Shown here piece after piece: positions 47,644 through 57,455 of a stretch of DNA of 64,000 nt. The stretch comes from Opitutales bacterium (lineage in GTDB: Bacteria; Verrucomicrobiota; Verrucomicrobiia; Opitutales; UBA2995). Within the stretch, counting starts at the first letter, position 1. Each line of letters begins with the position of its first letter. The notes under the pieces are model-generated. The model did not search any database, had not been told where the DNA came from, and saw only the letters and a program-made list of their open reading frames with translations. The stretch lies in the NCBI GenBank assembly GCA_022824405.1, contig JAJDZZ010000005.1, positions 2,160 through 66,159 on the forward strand, given 5' to 3'. The translations under genes were made by a program, and so were the position numbers.

Positions 47644-49587
47644 ATGAGTAAAATTCTAGGGATAGATTTAGGCACAACCAATTCCTGCATGGCCGTTTTG
47701 GAAGGTGGAGAACCTTCGGTAATCGCCAATTCCGAAGGAGCCCGCACCACCCCTTCCGTGGTGGCATTTTCCAAGAATGGCGAACGCCTGGTCGGCCAAG
47801 CCGCCAAGCGCCAGGCCGTGACCAATCCGAGAAACACCATTTTTTCGGCCAAACGGCTAATCGGACGGAAATTCTTCGAGGTCAATGAAGAGGCGGCCGG
47901 TCTGCCCTACGAGGTGGTGGAAGGAAAAAATGGAGATGCCTACATAAAGGCCACCGTGAATGGGAAGGAAGAACTCTTTGCCCCCGAACAAATCCAGGCT
48001 TACGTGTTGCAAAAATTGAAGGCCGATGCGGAATCCTACCTGGGCCAACCGGTGACTCAGGCCGTCATTACCGTTCCCGCTTACTTCAACAACTCCCAGA
48101 AGCAGGCTACCAAAGATGCCGGAACCATCGCGGGTCTCGAGGTCCTTCGCATTATCAATGAGCCCACCGCCGCTTCATTGGCTTACGGACTGGACAAGAA
48201 GAACGAGTCCAAAATCGCCGTTTACGACCTGGGGGGTGGAACGTTCGACGTGTCCATCCTGGAAATCGGCGACGGGGTCTTCGAAGTCAAGGCAACTAAT
48301 GGAGACACCCATCTCGGAGGAGATAATTGGGATTCGACCCTCATGGACTGGTTGATCGATGTATTCAAAAGGGATAATGGCATTAATCTACGCAACGATC
48401 CCATGGCGCTGCAACGCCTGAAGGAAGAGGCGGAAAAGGCAAAAATTGCCCTCTCCTCCGCCCAATCTACCGATATAAATTTGCCCTTTATCACGGCGGA
48501 CGCCTCTGGGCCCAAGCACCTCAATATTCAACTCAGTCGAGCAAAATTCGAACAATTGACCGATGGTCTCTTCGAGCGTACGGTGGGCCCTTTCCAAAAG
48601 TGCCTGCAGGATTCGGGACTGAGCGCATCCGAAATCGACGACCTGGTATTGGTGGGTGGCATGACCCGGGCCCCCAAGGTTTGGGAGGTGGCCTTGCGCC
48701 TCGCCGGTAAGGACCCTCACAAAGGAGTAAATCCGGACGAGGTCGTAGCAATCGGAGCGGCTATCCAAGGCGCCGTCCTGGCTGGAGACATGAAGGACGT
48801 CCTGCTGCTCGACGTGACCCCATTGACCCTGGGAATAGAAACTGCAGGCGCCATCAGCACCGCCATGATCGAACGCAACACCACCATTCCGGCCAAGAAA
48901 ATGGAGGTGTTTTCAACTTATTCGGATAACCAGACCGCCGTGGATATCAAAATCCTGCAAGGTGAACGGCCCATGGCCAATGACAATAAGCTCCTGGGCA
49001 ACTTCCGCCTGGACGGTATCCCGCCGGCTCCGCGGGGAATGCCCCAGATCGAAGTGACGTTCGATATCGACGCCAACGGCATTCTCCACGTCTCAGCCAA
49101 GGATAAAGGCACCGGAAAGGACCAGAAAATCACCATCACCAATTCATCCGGTTTGTCCAATGACGAAATCGCAAAGATGAAAAAGGAGGCCGAATTAAAC
49201 GCCGAGGCCGATAAAAAACAACGCGAGGCGGTTGAAATAAAAAACAGCCTCGACAACCTGATTTACCAAACGGAAAAGCAAATCGGGGAATTGGGAGATA
49301 AGTTGCCCGCCGACAAGAAATCTGAATTGGAAGCCGCCCTGGCCGCAGGAAAGTCTGCCCTGGAAAGCAACCAAACCGATCGAATGAAGGAGGCCATGAC
49401 AAAAATACAGAGTCTCTTCGCCAACCTCGCTCAGGACCTCTATGGTCAGACGGGGACAACCGAAGGGCCTCCCCCGGAGGCAACCGGCGACACCGGTGAC
49501 GAAACTTCCGACTCCGTTTCCGGCACCGATTCGGATTCCGACGTGGTCGATGCCGATTTTGAGGTGGTCGACGAAGACCGGAAGTGA
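47644..49587 (+). CDS. dnaK: Molecular chaperone DnaK (Hsp70)
   Basis: [37 protein letters not shown], and a Shine-Dalgarno ggagg 7 nt upstream of the ATG. Confidence 0.98.
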   Translation: MSKILGIDLGTTNSCMAVLEGGEPSVIANSEGARTTPSVVAFSKNGERLVGQAAKRQAVTNPRNTIFSAKRLIGRKFFEVNEEAAGLPYEVVEGKNGDAYIKATVNGKEELFAPEQIQAYVLQKLKADAESYLGQPVTQAVITVPAYFNNSQKQATKDAGTIAGLEVLRIINEPTAASLAYGLDKKNESKIAVYDLGGGTFDVSILEIGDGVFEVKATNGDTHLGGDNWDSTLMDWLIDVFKRDNGINLRNDPMALQRLKEEAEKAKIALSSAQSTDINLPFITADASGPKHLNIQLSRAKFEQLTDGLFERTVGPFQKCLQDSGLSASEIDDLVLVGGMTRAPKVWEVALRLAGKDPHKGVNPDEVVAIGAAIQGAVLAGDMKDVLLLDVTPLTLGIETAGAISTAMIERNTTIPAKKMEVFSTYSDNQTAVDIKILQGERPMANDNKLLGNFRLDGIPPAPRGMPQIEVTFDIDANGILHVSAKDKGTGKDQKITITNSSGLSNDEIAKMKKEAELNAEADKKQREAVEIKNSLDNLIYQTEKQIGELGDKLPADKKSELEAALAAGKSALESNQTDRMKEAMTKIQSLFANLAQDLYGQTGTTEGPPPEATGDTGDETSDSVSGTDSDSDVVDADFEVVDEDRK

Positions 49588-49603
49588 AATAATTGCTCAT
49601 TTC

Positions 49604-50212
49604 ATGGAGGAGGAAATATCCAGGCTGGAAAATTCGACTATTACTAAGGATGAAATCAACCGACTTCCCCTCCTTAAATTCAAAGGCCCCATACACCTGA
49701 TCAAGTCGAAGCAAAGCGCCTTCAGGGCGGTTAGGCGATTAAAACAGGAAGCCGTTGTGGGCTTCGATACGGAAACGAGACCATCCTTCAAAAGGGGAGT
49801 GATGCACCCGCCCGCCTTGGCTCAATTTGCCACTCAAACGGAGGCGTGGTTGTTCCGACTGAAGAGCATTGGCATCCATAACGGATTGCTCGACCTGTAT
49901 CAGGACCCCAATACCGTGAAGGTTGGCTTGGCCCTTCACGACGATATCAAACACCTGCAAAAGTTGAAACCGTTCCAACCCCGCGGGTTCCTCGATCTCG
50001 CCAACATCGCCGAAAAAGCCAAAATCCACAAAAGGGGACTGAGAAACATGACGGGATTGATTTTAGGGGGCCGTCTTTCCAAAAGAGCTCAATTGAGCAA
50101 CTGGTCGAAACCGGTCCTTTCCTCCAAGCAAATGACCTACGCCGCTACGGACGCCTGGGTGAGCCTCCTCCTGTTCCAGGAATTCCAAAAGATCGGCCTG
50201 CTCGATTCCTAG
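49604..50212 (+). CDS. 3'-5' exonuclease domain protein (DEDD/RNase D-WRN-like)
   Basis: The ATG at 49604 is the first start after the dnaK stop. Exo I motif VVGFDTETRP and a YAATDAWV-type Exo III motif are present. The longer track ORF (49442) overlaps dnaK and is rejected. Confidence 0.7.
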   Translation: MEEEISRLENSTITKDEINRLPLLKFKGPIHLIKSKQSAFRAVRRLKQEAVVGFDTETRPSFKRGVMHPPALAQFATQTEAWLFRLKSIGIHNGLLDLYQDPNTVKVGLALHDDIKHLQKLKPFQPRGFLDLANIAEKAKIHKRGLRNMTGLILGGRLSKRAQLSNWSKPVLSSKQMTYAATDAWVSLLLFQEFQKIGLLDS

Positions 50213-50229
50213 ATGCTGTAATTCGGCCC

Positions 50230-50357
50230 CCCACTGATTTCCTCTCGCCAAGTCCGCTAAGAAGAAATGAGGAATTGAAAATCCTCTTGGCGTTTTTGGC
50301 GAGCTTTGCGAGAGTCTCTTTCCTATCCGTGCTAATCTGTGAAATCCGTGGTTAAAT
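50230..50357. repeat. Mosaic repeat cluster (J fragment, K, D-rev, K-rev, F)
   Basis: Modules read directly: cctctcgccaagtccgctaag; gaaatgaggaattg; ttggcgtttttggcgagctttgcgagagtctc; ctatccgtgctaatctgtgaaatccgtggttaaa. Confidence 0.85.
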
Positions 50358-50809
50358 TCTGGTTTCCGGTTTCCAGTTCCTTGATTCTGGTTTCAGCCTT
50401 CATCCTTCTGGCCGGTTGCGAAAGCGTCGAGCACCGCATTCAAAAGAATCCGCAATTGTGGAAATCGCTTTCCCAAAATGAGAAACTCGCCGTAGAAAAC
50501 CGAACCATCGATATCGGCCACTCCACCGATGTTGTTTTTTTCATTTTGGGCAATCCCGATCAAATGAGGACCGAAACTGAGGGAGAACAACGGAGGGAAG
50601 TTTGGATCTATACGCGCATCTTCACGCGTTATGAGGGAACAGACTTGGCCGGATATCGGAGCCGCATCTACTACGACAGCCTTAACCGGGTCTATCGCGT
50701 TTTTTACATCCCCAAATATGTGAACCTTTATTCCGAGCATTCGGAAGTGGAGGCCGAAATCGAATTTGAGGATGGTCGGGTAGCGGCCATTACCGAGGTC
50801 AAGCGCTGA
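50339..50809 (+). CDS. Lipoprotein of unknown function
   Basis: Lipobox LILVSAFILLAGC. The GTG start at 50339 (or 50348) lies inside repeat module F, so the exact start is uncertain. Confidence 0.55.
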   Translation: MKSVVKFWFPVSSSLILVSAFILLAGCESVEHRIQKNPQLWKSLSQNEKLAVENRTIDIGHSTDVVFFILGNPDQMRTETEGEQRREVWIYTRIFTRYEGTDLAGYRSRIYYDSLNRVYRVFYIPKYVNLYSEHSEVEAEIEFEDGRVAAITEVKR

Positions 50810-50918
50810 AGAGACTTGGCTTCCGGCCCCCTGGGGCCTTCCAAAAACCGGGGACGGTTCCCCCAAAAAGTCAATTGACTTTGTCTCCCCTCCGCTAAAA
50901 GGTCCCTACCCTTTCCAC

Positions 50919-50993
50919 GCTCCTGTAGTTCAATGGATAGAATGCTGGCCTCCGGAGCCTGAGATCTGGGTTCGACTCCCGGCGGGAGCACCA
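50919..50993 (+). tRNA. tRNA-Arg (CCG)
   Basis: Folded by hand. Acceptor gctcctg/cgggagc with one G-U pair, D arm gttc/gaat, anticodon stem ctggc/gcctg with one T-T mismatch, loop ctCCGga, T arm ctggg-ttcgact-cccgg, discriminator a, encoded CCA. Confidence 0.85.
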
Positions 50994-51115
50994 GAAAGAA
51001 TTCGAGTAACGCTTGCCTGGGCGCTTACCGGGGTAAATACTGGTAAAATACCTTGACCGATTCTACTTCTCATTAACCCCGTTGTTCTTATAACCATCGG
51101 TATAACCTTTTTCCT

Positions 51116-52396
51116 ATGAGCACAAAAACCACTCGAAGAAATTTTCTTAAAGTAACCGCCGCGGCCATCGGGATGCCCACCATTATTCCGGCCAGTGTCC
51201 TGGGTAGGGATGGCGCGGTGGCTCCGAGCAACCGCATCGTTATGGGAGGCATCGGAATCGGCCCGCGTGGCCGCAAGGTGCTGGACTGCTTCCTCAAGCA
51301 ACCCGAGGTGCAGTTTGTCGCCATCGCCGACGTCCAGGAGGAGCGACGCGAAATCGTCCGCCGCCTGGTCAATCGGGAATACGGCAACGAGGACTGTTAC
51401 AAATGCCGCGACATGTTCGAAATCCTCCAGTGGGACGACATCGACGTGGTCCAGATCACCACGGGCGACCGCTGGCACGCCCTTGGCACCATTCTGGCCG
51501 CTCAGGCGGGCAAGGACATTTACTGCGAAAAGCCCTGCAGCATGACCGTTAAGGAGAGCCAGGAATTGGCCGACGCGGTCAATCGTTACGGACGCGTATT
51601 CCAGGCCGGCACCCAGCGGCGCAACGTGGAAAATTTTCAATATGCAGCCCACTTGGCCCATAGCGGCAAATTGGGCAAGATCCACACCGTTCATGCGGGG
51701 ATTCTCAAACTGGTGCCCGACTTGGCCTGGTTGCCGGGACAACCCGAGCCGGATCCGGAGATCTGCGACTGGGACCGTTGGTTGGGACCGGCTCCCTGGC
51801 GCCCCTATAACAAGGATTACGTGCGGGGACGGTGGCGCGGTCATTACGATTTCCATGGAGGAGCGGGACTTCCCGAATGGGGATCCCACACAATCGACCT
51901 CTGCCAATGGGCAGCCTACGCCGATGACACCATGCCCATCGAATACGAATACGTCGGCGACAACATTATCGGGCGCTATCAGAACGGCGTCAAACTGGTC
52001 ATGCGCCTATCCGGATTCAAAGGGGAAGGCGATTGGAAAGTTCCCGGAACCTGCCCGGTTCGCTTTGAAGGCGACGAGGGCTGGGTGGAATCAGCCGACC
52101 ATGGCACCGTCGTGACCAGTTCCAAATCGCTCGACCAGGAACAGCCCGCCAACTCCCTCTACGGGACCGATCCGATAAAACACGTCCGCGATTTCCTCGA
52201 CTGCGTGAAAACACGGGAGAAACCAGCCGCGAACGCCGACGTCACCCGCCGCGGGCACATCGCCTGTCACGTCGCCGCCATCGGTTGGCAACTCGGACGG
52301 AAGGTGCAGTTTGATCCCGTGACCGAGACCTTTATCGGCGACGAGGAAGCTAACCGCATGTGCAGCCGGTCGCGCCGCGATCCGTGGTATGCCTGA
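51116..52396 (+). CDS. Gfo/Idh/MocA-family oxidoreductase with Tat signal
   Basis: Tat signal TRRNFLKVTAAAIGMPTI, a Rossmann N-terminal domain (IVMGGIGIGPRG...FVAIADV) and the CEKP motif. Confidence 0.9.
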   Translation: MSTKTTRRNFLKVTAAAIGMPTIIPASVLGRDGAVAPSNRIVMGGIGIGPRGRKVLDCFLKQPEVQFVAIADVQEERREIVRRLVNREYGNEDCYKCRDMFEILQWDDIDVVQITTGDRWHALGTILAAQAGKDIYCEKPCSMTVKESQELADAVNRYGRVFQAGTQRRNVENFQYAAHLAHSGKLGKIHTVHAGILKLVPDLAWLPGQPEPDPEICDWDRWLGPAPWRPYNKDYVRGRWRGHYDFHGGAGLPEWGSHTIDLCQWAAYADDTMPIEYEYVGDNIIGRYQNGVKLVMRLSGFKGEGDWKVPGTCPVRFEGDEGWVESADHGTVVTSSKSLDQEQPANSLYGTDPIKHVRDFLDCVKTREKPAANADVTRRGHIACHVAAIGWQLGRKVQFDPVTETFIGDEEANRMCSRSRRDPWYA

Positions 52397-52415
52397 AACT
52401 CAGCTTCTTTGATCC

Positions 52416-53048
52416 ATGAATCCGATTCGATTTTCATTCATCCCATTATTGGCTTTCCTCACGAGCATTACCCAGGCCTCTCCCGCATGGGATGAAGCGA
52501 CGGCCTTGGCGGTTCTCGCCTCCGATACCGAACAGAAAGCACGCGCATGCCAAATCCTGGCAGTTGTGGGTGGACCCGAAGCAGTGCCAGCCTTGGCCGA
52601 ACTCCTGGACGATAATCATCTCGCATCCTACGCCCGGACCGCCCTTGAGGTGATAGAGGATCCCTCCGCCGGCGAAGCGCTCCGGGCAGCTCTAACGACA
52701 CTTGAAGGCCGCTTGTTGGCCGGTGTGGTGACCTCGATTGGGGTGCGGGGGGATGAAACCGCAGTTCCCGCCCTTCAGGAACTCGCTTCCCATCCGGAAA
52801 GAGAAGTGGCCGAATCCACTCTGGTAGCTCTGGCTGGCATTGGGAGCGAGGAAGCTTTAGCCACTGTCGTCCAGGCTCTCAACCAGGGACCCGCCGACCT
52901 GCGCGTTTCAGCCGCCCACGCCGCCCTGGCCGCGGCGGAAAAGATGGCCAAAGACGGAAACAAACCAGCAGCGCAGAAGTTGTTGGAGTCCGTCCAGGCG
53001 GCCGTCCTACCCGAGCATATCCGGCAAGCGGCAGGTGCCGCAAATTAA
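52416..53048 (+). CDS. HEAT-repeat (PBS-lyase-like) protein, secreted
   Basis: Signal peptide plus repeated GGPEAVPALAELLDD / DETAVPALQELASHP motifs. Confidence 0.7.
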   Translation: MNPIRFSFIPLLAFLTSITQASPAWDEATALAVLASDTEQKARACQILAVVGGPEAVPALAELLDDNHLASYARTALEVIEDPSAGEALRAALTTLEGRLLAGVVTSIGVRGDETAVPALQELASHPEREVAESTLVALAGIGSEEALATVVQALNQGPADLRVSAAHAALAAAEKMAKDGNKPAAQKLLESVQAAVLPEHIRQAAGAAN

Positions 53049-53049
53049 A

Positions 53050-53202
53050 CCTCTCGCAAAGCAGAAGAGGGAACCACAAAAGGCACAAAAAACGCAAAAT
53101 AGGGGCCTATAGCGCCTCTAAAGGAGGGGGGACATTCCTGTCCCCCACCGGCGAAGCCGGAACCATCCGTGTTTCCGTGGTTAATTCTCGATCGCGATTA
53201 GG
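53050..53202. repeat. Mosaic repeat cluster (K, B-rev, E-like, L hairpin, F, G)
   Basis: Modules read directly: cctctcgcaaagc; accacaaaaggcacaaaaaacgcaaaa; ggaggggggacattcctgtccccca (53123-53147); ccggcgaagccgg; aaccatccgtgtttccgtggttaattc; tcgatcgcgatta. Confidence 0.85.
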
Positions 53203-53251
53203 GAATTCAACCTTCAGCCTTTATTGGGCTAGGTGAGGTGTGGAAAACCCA

Positions 53252-54343
53252 TCACAACCGCAAATCGTAACGTGCACTTCGGCCGGCTCCGATGGGCCGA
53301 AGCACCTCTTTCGTAGCCAAATCCTGGAGATCACGGGTCGCCGTTGCTTTTGAAACCCTAGTCAGGGCCCGGTACTTGCGAGCGTTTATTCCGCCTTCGA
53401 ATCCATCGGGGCCTTCCTCTAGCATGCGGCGAATGACCCGAAGCTGACGTTCGCTGAGCATGCTGGTAAAACGGTCGAAAAACCGCGCTTTGCGCAGGAC
53501 AAAATCTATCTGCTTCTCAGTGTGGTCTTGGGCGAGCAGAAGCATGCTAACGAAATAGCTTATCCAGTCCGAAATCTCATTCGAACCCTGCCCTCTTTGC
53601 AAAGCATCGTAATAATGCTTTTTGTTCCTCTCAAGGGAGTGCGACATGCTTAGAATGGCTGGACGACCCAATCCTTGGAAAATTGCCTTTTCCGATAACG
53701 CTCTACCGATTCTTCCGTTTCCATCTTCAAATGGATGGACCGATTCGAAATATAAATGGGCAATAGCCGAGCGAACGGGAGCATGTTTTATTTCCGATTC
53801 GCTTCGATTAAACCAATTCACAAAATGCTTCATTTCTCCGGGGACTCGATCCGAGGGTGGCGCTTCGAAATGCACCCTGGTTCTACCATAAGGGTTTGAA
53901 ACGACTTGCATGGGTTCTTTGTGGGTCCTCCATCTTCCCAGTGCAATTCCATGCGAACCCTTTAATAACTTCTTATGCCATGAAAACAACATGGCTTCGG
54001 TGAGAGGCTCCTTCCAAGTATCCCGCACTGCAACCATGAGTTCCGCCGCTCCTTCCGAGGCACGATCCCGCACCCGTTGGAGCGGATCGTTCAGGCCTAG
54101 CTGGTTTCTTATCGATGACATTACGTCCTGTCGTCTGAGGTATTCCCCCTCAATCTGGGAAGTCTTCATCGCCTCTGCCAACATGCTTTGAACCATCGCT
54201 TCGCTCTGGTCGGTTTCCGATAAACCTTTAAGCAATCCGGTAATTTGCCCCGCTTTGTCGGCAAATGCGATGAGTTCTCCTTCGAGACCCGCCAAGTCGT
54301 AAGTAAAATTGGGCCAATCCGATAGTTGCCAATTGTAGAGCAT
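53252..54343 (-). CDS. fic: Fic-family protein (DUF4172 N-terminus, class II auto-inhibited, C-terminal wHTH)
   Basis: Fic active-site motif HPFEDGNGRIGR, N-terminal inhibitory-helix-type motif TSQIEG ((S/T)xxxE(G/N)), and the DUF4172-like start MLYNWQLSDWPNFTYD. Confidence 0.9.
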   Translation of the reverse strand: MLYNWQLSDWPNFTYDLAGLEGELIAFADKAGQITGLLKGLSETDQSEAMVQSMLAEAMKTSQIEGEYLRRQDVMSSIRNQLGLNDPLQRVRDRASEGAAELMVAVRDTWKEPLTEAMLFSWHKKLLKGSHGIALGRWRTHKEPMQVVSNPYGRTRVHFEAPPSDRVPGEMKHFVNWFNRSESEIKHAPVRSAIAHLYFESVHPFEDGNGRIGRALSEKAIFQGLGRPAILSMSHSLERNKKHYYDALQRGQGSNEISDWISYFVSMLLLAQDHTEKQIDFVLRKARFFDRFTSMLSERQLRVIRRMLEEGPDGFEGGINARKYRALTRVSKATATRDLQDLATKEVLRPIGAGRSARYDLRL

Positions 54344-54416
54344 GAGCCGATTAAATGCAATAAACGGCTCAATTTAAAGATTATTATGAGCCGATTAAAG
54401 GAATTAATCGGCTCAT
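54342..54416 (-). promoter_or_regulatory. Four-segment alternating-pairing repeat structure plus a 10-codon mini-ORF upstream of fic
   Basis: On the + strand: atgagccgattaaa (54342-54355, includes the fic start codon), taaacggctcaat (54361-54373), atgagccgattaaa (54386-54399), ttaatcggctcat (54404-54416). The last two form a perfect 13-bp inverted repeat with a 5-nt loop. Confidence 0.5.
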
Positions 54417-54455
54417 TGCCTTGAAGTAGCAATAAGACCTTGGGGATTACTTCGA

Positions 54456-55364
54456 TCAGGCGAGGTGTTTCCTGAAAAACTCCAGGGTGCGTTGCCACGC
54501 CAATTCCGCCTTTTCCTCGTCGTATCTGCCGGTCGAGTCGTTGTGGAACCCGTGATTGGCGCCAGCATACATATGCATGGTGTATTCATTTCCATTGGCT
54601 TTCAAATCGGCTTCGTATTCAGGCCAAGCGCTATTGACCCGCCTATCCAATTCCGCCAACTGAATCAGCAGGGGCGCCTTGATGTTTTTGCGCAACTCTT
54701 TGGCCGCCGGCGTCCCGTAGAAGGGCACTCCGGCATTCAGGGTATCGGGAATGACCGCTGCCAGCATATTGACCACGTAACCGCCGAAACAAAACCCAAC
54801 CGCCCCTAATTTCCCATTGCTCGAATCATGGGACTTCAGAAATTTCGCCGCCGCGATGAAGTCCTGTTCGATTTTAACCCGGTCCAGGGATCGTTGCAGG
54901 CTGCGTCCTTCATCGTCGTTGCCGGGGTAACCGCCGACCGGGTGAAGCGCATCCGGCGCCAACGCGACAAAGCCCGCTTTGGCCAGTCGCCGGGCCACGT
55001 CCTTGATGTAGGGATTGAGCCCCCGGTTTTCGTGAACCACCAAAACGACGGGAGCTTTACCGGATAGACCGGAGGGCACCACCAGGTAACCCCGGCCTTC
55101 GCCGTGCCCCTGGGGCGAGGCAAACGTTACGTAACTGGCCTTGATATCGGGGTCGTTGAAAGAAACCTGCTCCGCTGCCACGTAATCGGGCGTCAAAACC
55201 GACAGGAGGACGCCCATGGTCAAAGTCGCAGTCGTGATGGTGGACAAGCGCCCCAGAAATGTGCGCCGGTCAATAAAGCCGTGGGCGTATTCGTCATACC
55301 AATCGAAGGCCTCCTGAGGTATGGGATGGGTGGTGACAGGTTCTGATGTTACTTCAACTGACAT
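54456..55364 (-). CDS. Dienelactone hydrolase family protein (Tat-type signal)
   Basis: IDRRTFLGRLSTITTATL, a nucleophile-elbow region GAVGFCFGG, and C-terminal HGFHND. Confidence 0.9.
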   Translation of the reverse strand: MSVEVTSEPVTTHPIPQEAFDWYDEYAHGFIDRRTFLGRLSTITTATLTMGVLLSVLTPDYVAAEQVSFNDPDIKASYVTFASPQGHGEGRGYLVVPSGLSGKAPVVLVVHENRGLNPYIKDVARRLAKAGFVALAPDALHPVGGYPGNDDEGRSLQRSLDRVKIEQDFIAAAKFLKSHDSSNGKLGAVGFCFGGYVVNMLAAVIPDTLNAGVPFYGTPAAKELRKNIKAPLLIQLAELDRRVNSAWPEYEADLKANGNEYTMHMYAGANHGFHNDSTGRYDEEKAELAWQRTLEFFRKHLA

Positions 55365-55533
55365 GGGAAATCGGGGTTAATGTGGGTGAAAAGGTGATCA
55401 AACCGTTTTCCGGGACGATCGCATATGCAAATGAGTCTGGTGCAATTCGGTAAGGGCCAAAAAAATTTTGGTCAATGCCAATGCGCCTCAGAATCATCCC
55501 CTCTTGCCCTGCATGCTTGAATTCTTGGAAGAA

Positions 55534-55854
55534 TTAACCACAGAGGACTCAGAGGGCACAGAGAGAGAAGACAAAAATCGTGATCGTGATCGTGATCGTG
55601 ATTAATCTCAGTATGTCAGAATCTCTCTCCCTTCTCCCCAATTCCTAATTCCTAATTCCTAATTTCTCATTCCTCATTGGCGCCCCCGGCGCCTTCCCCC
55701 ACTCCATCACTCCCCCACTCCATCACTCCAACATTCCATCACTCCAACACTCCCTTCCCCACTTTGTGCCTTTGTGCCTCTGTGCCTTTGTGCCTTCTCG
55801 CCTTGGCGAGATCCAATTCCTCATTCCTCATTCCTAATTGGCGCCATCGGCGCC
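55534..55854. repeat. Mosaic repeat cluster (A, G, D, E, I, B, C, D, E) ending exactly at the lpdA stop codon
   Basis: Modules read directly: ttaaccacagaggactcagagggcacagag (55534-55563); aatcgtgatcgtgatcgtgatcgtgattaatc; (attcctMa)n; ttggcgcccccggcgcc (55677-55693); cactccatcactcc repeats (55694-55754); ctttgtgcctttgtgcctctgtgcctttgtgcc (55762-55794); ttctcgccttggcgagatcc; ttggcgccatcggcgcc (55838-55854). Confidence 0.9.
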
Positions 55855-57252
55855 TCAAATATGTATGGCCTCGCCCTCGATGGCGGCTGCCGCCTCCATA
55901 AGGGCCTCACTCAGGGTCGGGTGAGCGTGAATGGTTTCCTGTACCTCCCGAGGGGTTGCCTCCAAGTTCATGGCCAGGGTGTATTCCCCGATCAACTCGG
56001 TGGCCTCGGCGCCGATGATGTGGACCCCTAAAATTTCTCCATCGTCCTCTGCGGAAATGATTTTTACGAAGCCCTCCGAGGCATTGGATGCCACGGCTTT
56101 CCCCGAGGCGGTAAAGGGAAACTTTCCCACCTTATAGGGCAGGCCGGATTCCTTGAGCGCTTGCTCCGTCCGGCCAATGGAAGCCACCTGGGGCAGACAA
56201 TACGTGCAGGCCGGAAATAAAGTGACGCGTTTGGGAATCCCCGCCCCGAACATTCCGTCCACCGCCTGGATCGCTTCATAGGTGGCCACGTGGGCCAACC
56301 AGGGAGGACCGATGATATCCCCCGCCGCGTAAATCCCCGGAACATTGGTCTGATAACGTTCGTCTACTTTCAGGTAGCCGCCGGATTTCTCCAACTCCAC
56401 TTCTTGCGAAAGGGCACCGTCCAGGTTGGGATCGACCCCAATGGCCGACAACACGGCATCGACCTCCACCGATTTGACCTTGGCTCCTTTGACCAGATCG
56501 GCCCGGACCACGTCTCCCACCACCGCCAGGTTTTCCACCTTGGTTCGGAGGAGAATCCCGATCCCCTGGCGTTTAAAGGAACGGCCCAGATACCGGGATA
56601 CCTCTACGTCTTCCATGGGTAGTAGTTGCGGTAGTATCTCAACAAGAATCACCTTCGAACCGAGGGCATTGAAAAAGTAGGCAAACTCCACCCCGATAGC
56701 GCCGGCGCCAACCACCAGCAATCGATTTGGCCGGTCCTTCCGGGCCAGGACCTCACGGGAAGTCATCACTTTCCTTCCATCCGGTTCCAATCCCGGCAGA
56801 GGGCGCATTTTACACCCGGTGGCCAAAAGTATGTTACGGGCATTGAGCAAAGATCCTTTGTCCTCACCCTCCCTGACCATCACCTTCCCGGACCCGACGG
56901 CTTCCCCCCGGCCGCGCAGGTGGTCGACCTTGTTCTTGCGGAACAAATATTCTATCCCCAGGGCCATTCGATCCGCAACGGCGCGGGACCTGCCCATGAC
57001 CTTTTCGAAATCATAACCGACCTTTTCCGCACTGAGTCCGAAATCGGCGGCATGCAGCATCTTCTGATAAAGCTCGGCGCTCTGCAGCAAGGCCTTGGAT
57101 GGAATGCAGCCCCAATTCAGACAGGTGCCTCCGGGGCGCTCCATCTCCACGCAAGCCACTTTCTTTCCCAATTGCCCCGCGCGAATGGCCCCGGCGTAGC
57201 CGGCGGGACCCCCACCGATGACGACCAAATCGTATTCAATTCTTTCTGCCAT
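55855..57252 (-). CDS. lpdA: Dihydrolipoyl dehydrogenase
   Basis: FAD-binding motif VVIGGGPAGY, redox-active disulfide GGTCLNWGCIPSK, and the C-terminal HAHPTLSE. Confidence 0.95.
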   Translation of the reverse strand: MAERIEYDLVVIGGGPAGYAGAIRAGQLGKKVACVEMERPGGTCLNWGCIPSKALLQSAELYQKMLHAADFGLSAEKVGYDFEKVMGRSRAVADRMALGIEYLFRKNKVDHLRGRGEAVGSGKVMVREGEDKGSLLNARNILLATGCKMRPLPGLEPDGRKVMTSREVLARKDRPNRLLVVGAGAIGVEFAYFFNALGSKVILVEILPQLLPMEDVEVSRYLGRSFKRQGIGILLRTKVENLAVVGDVVRADLVKGAKVKSVEVDAVLSAIGVDPNLDGALSQEVELEKSGGYLKVDERYQTNVPGIYAAGDIIGPPWLAHVATYEAIQAVDGMFGAGIPKRVTLFPACTYCLPQVASIGRTEQALKESGLPYKVGKFPFTASGKAVASNASEGFVKIISAEDDGEILGVHIIGAEATELIGEYTLAMNLEATPREVQETIHAHPTLSEALMEAAAAIEGEAIHI

Positions 57253-57455
57253 GAACTCCTGAATTAAAACGACATTTTAGGCCAAATCCCCATAATACAA
57301 GGGAGAAGTATCCTCTGTTAGTTGATTTGACATCCTCTTGGTTGATTCGGAATGTCCCTCAATGTGACACTTGCCAAGCTCTCTCCGCCACAATTGATTT
57401 CGCCCAAACAAATCCTTAACCCTAGACCAGTATTGGAGGTACCCTGGAAAATATC

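Noticed and set aside
50930-51907. 325-aa minus-strand ORF.
   Set aside because: It is antisense to the Tat-signal Gfo/Idh/MocA oxidoreductase and overlaps tRNA-Arg.
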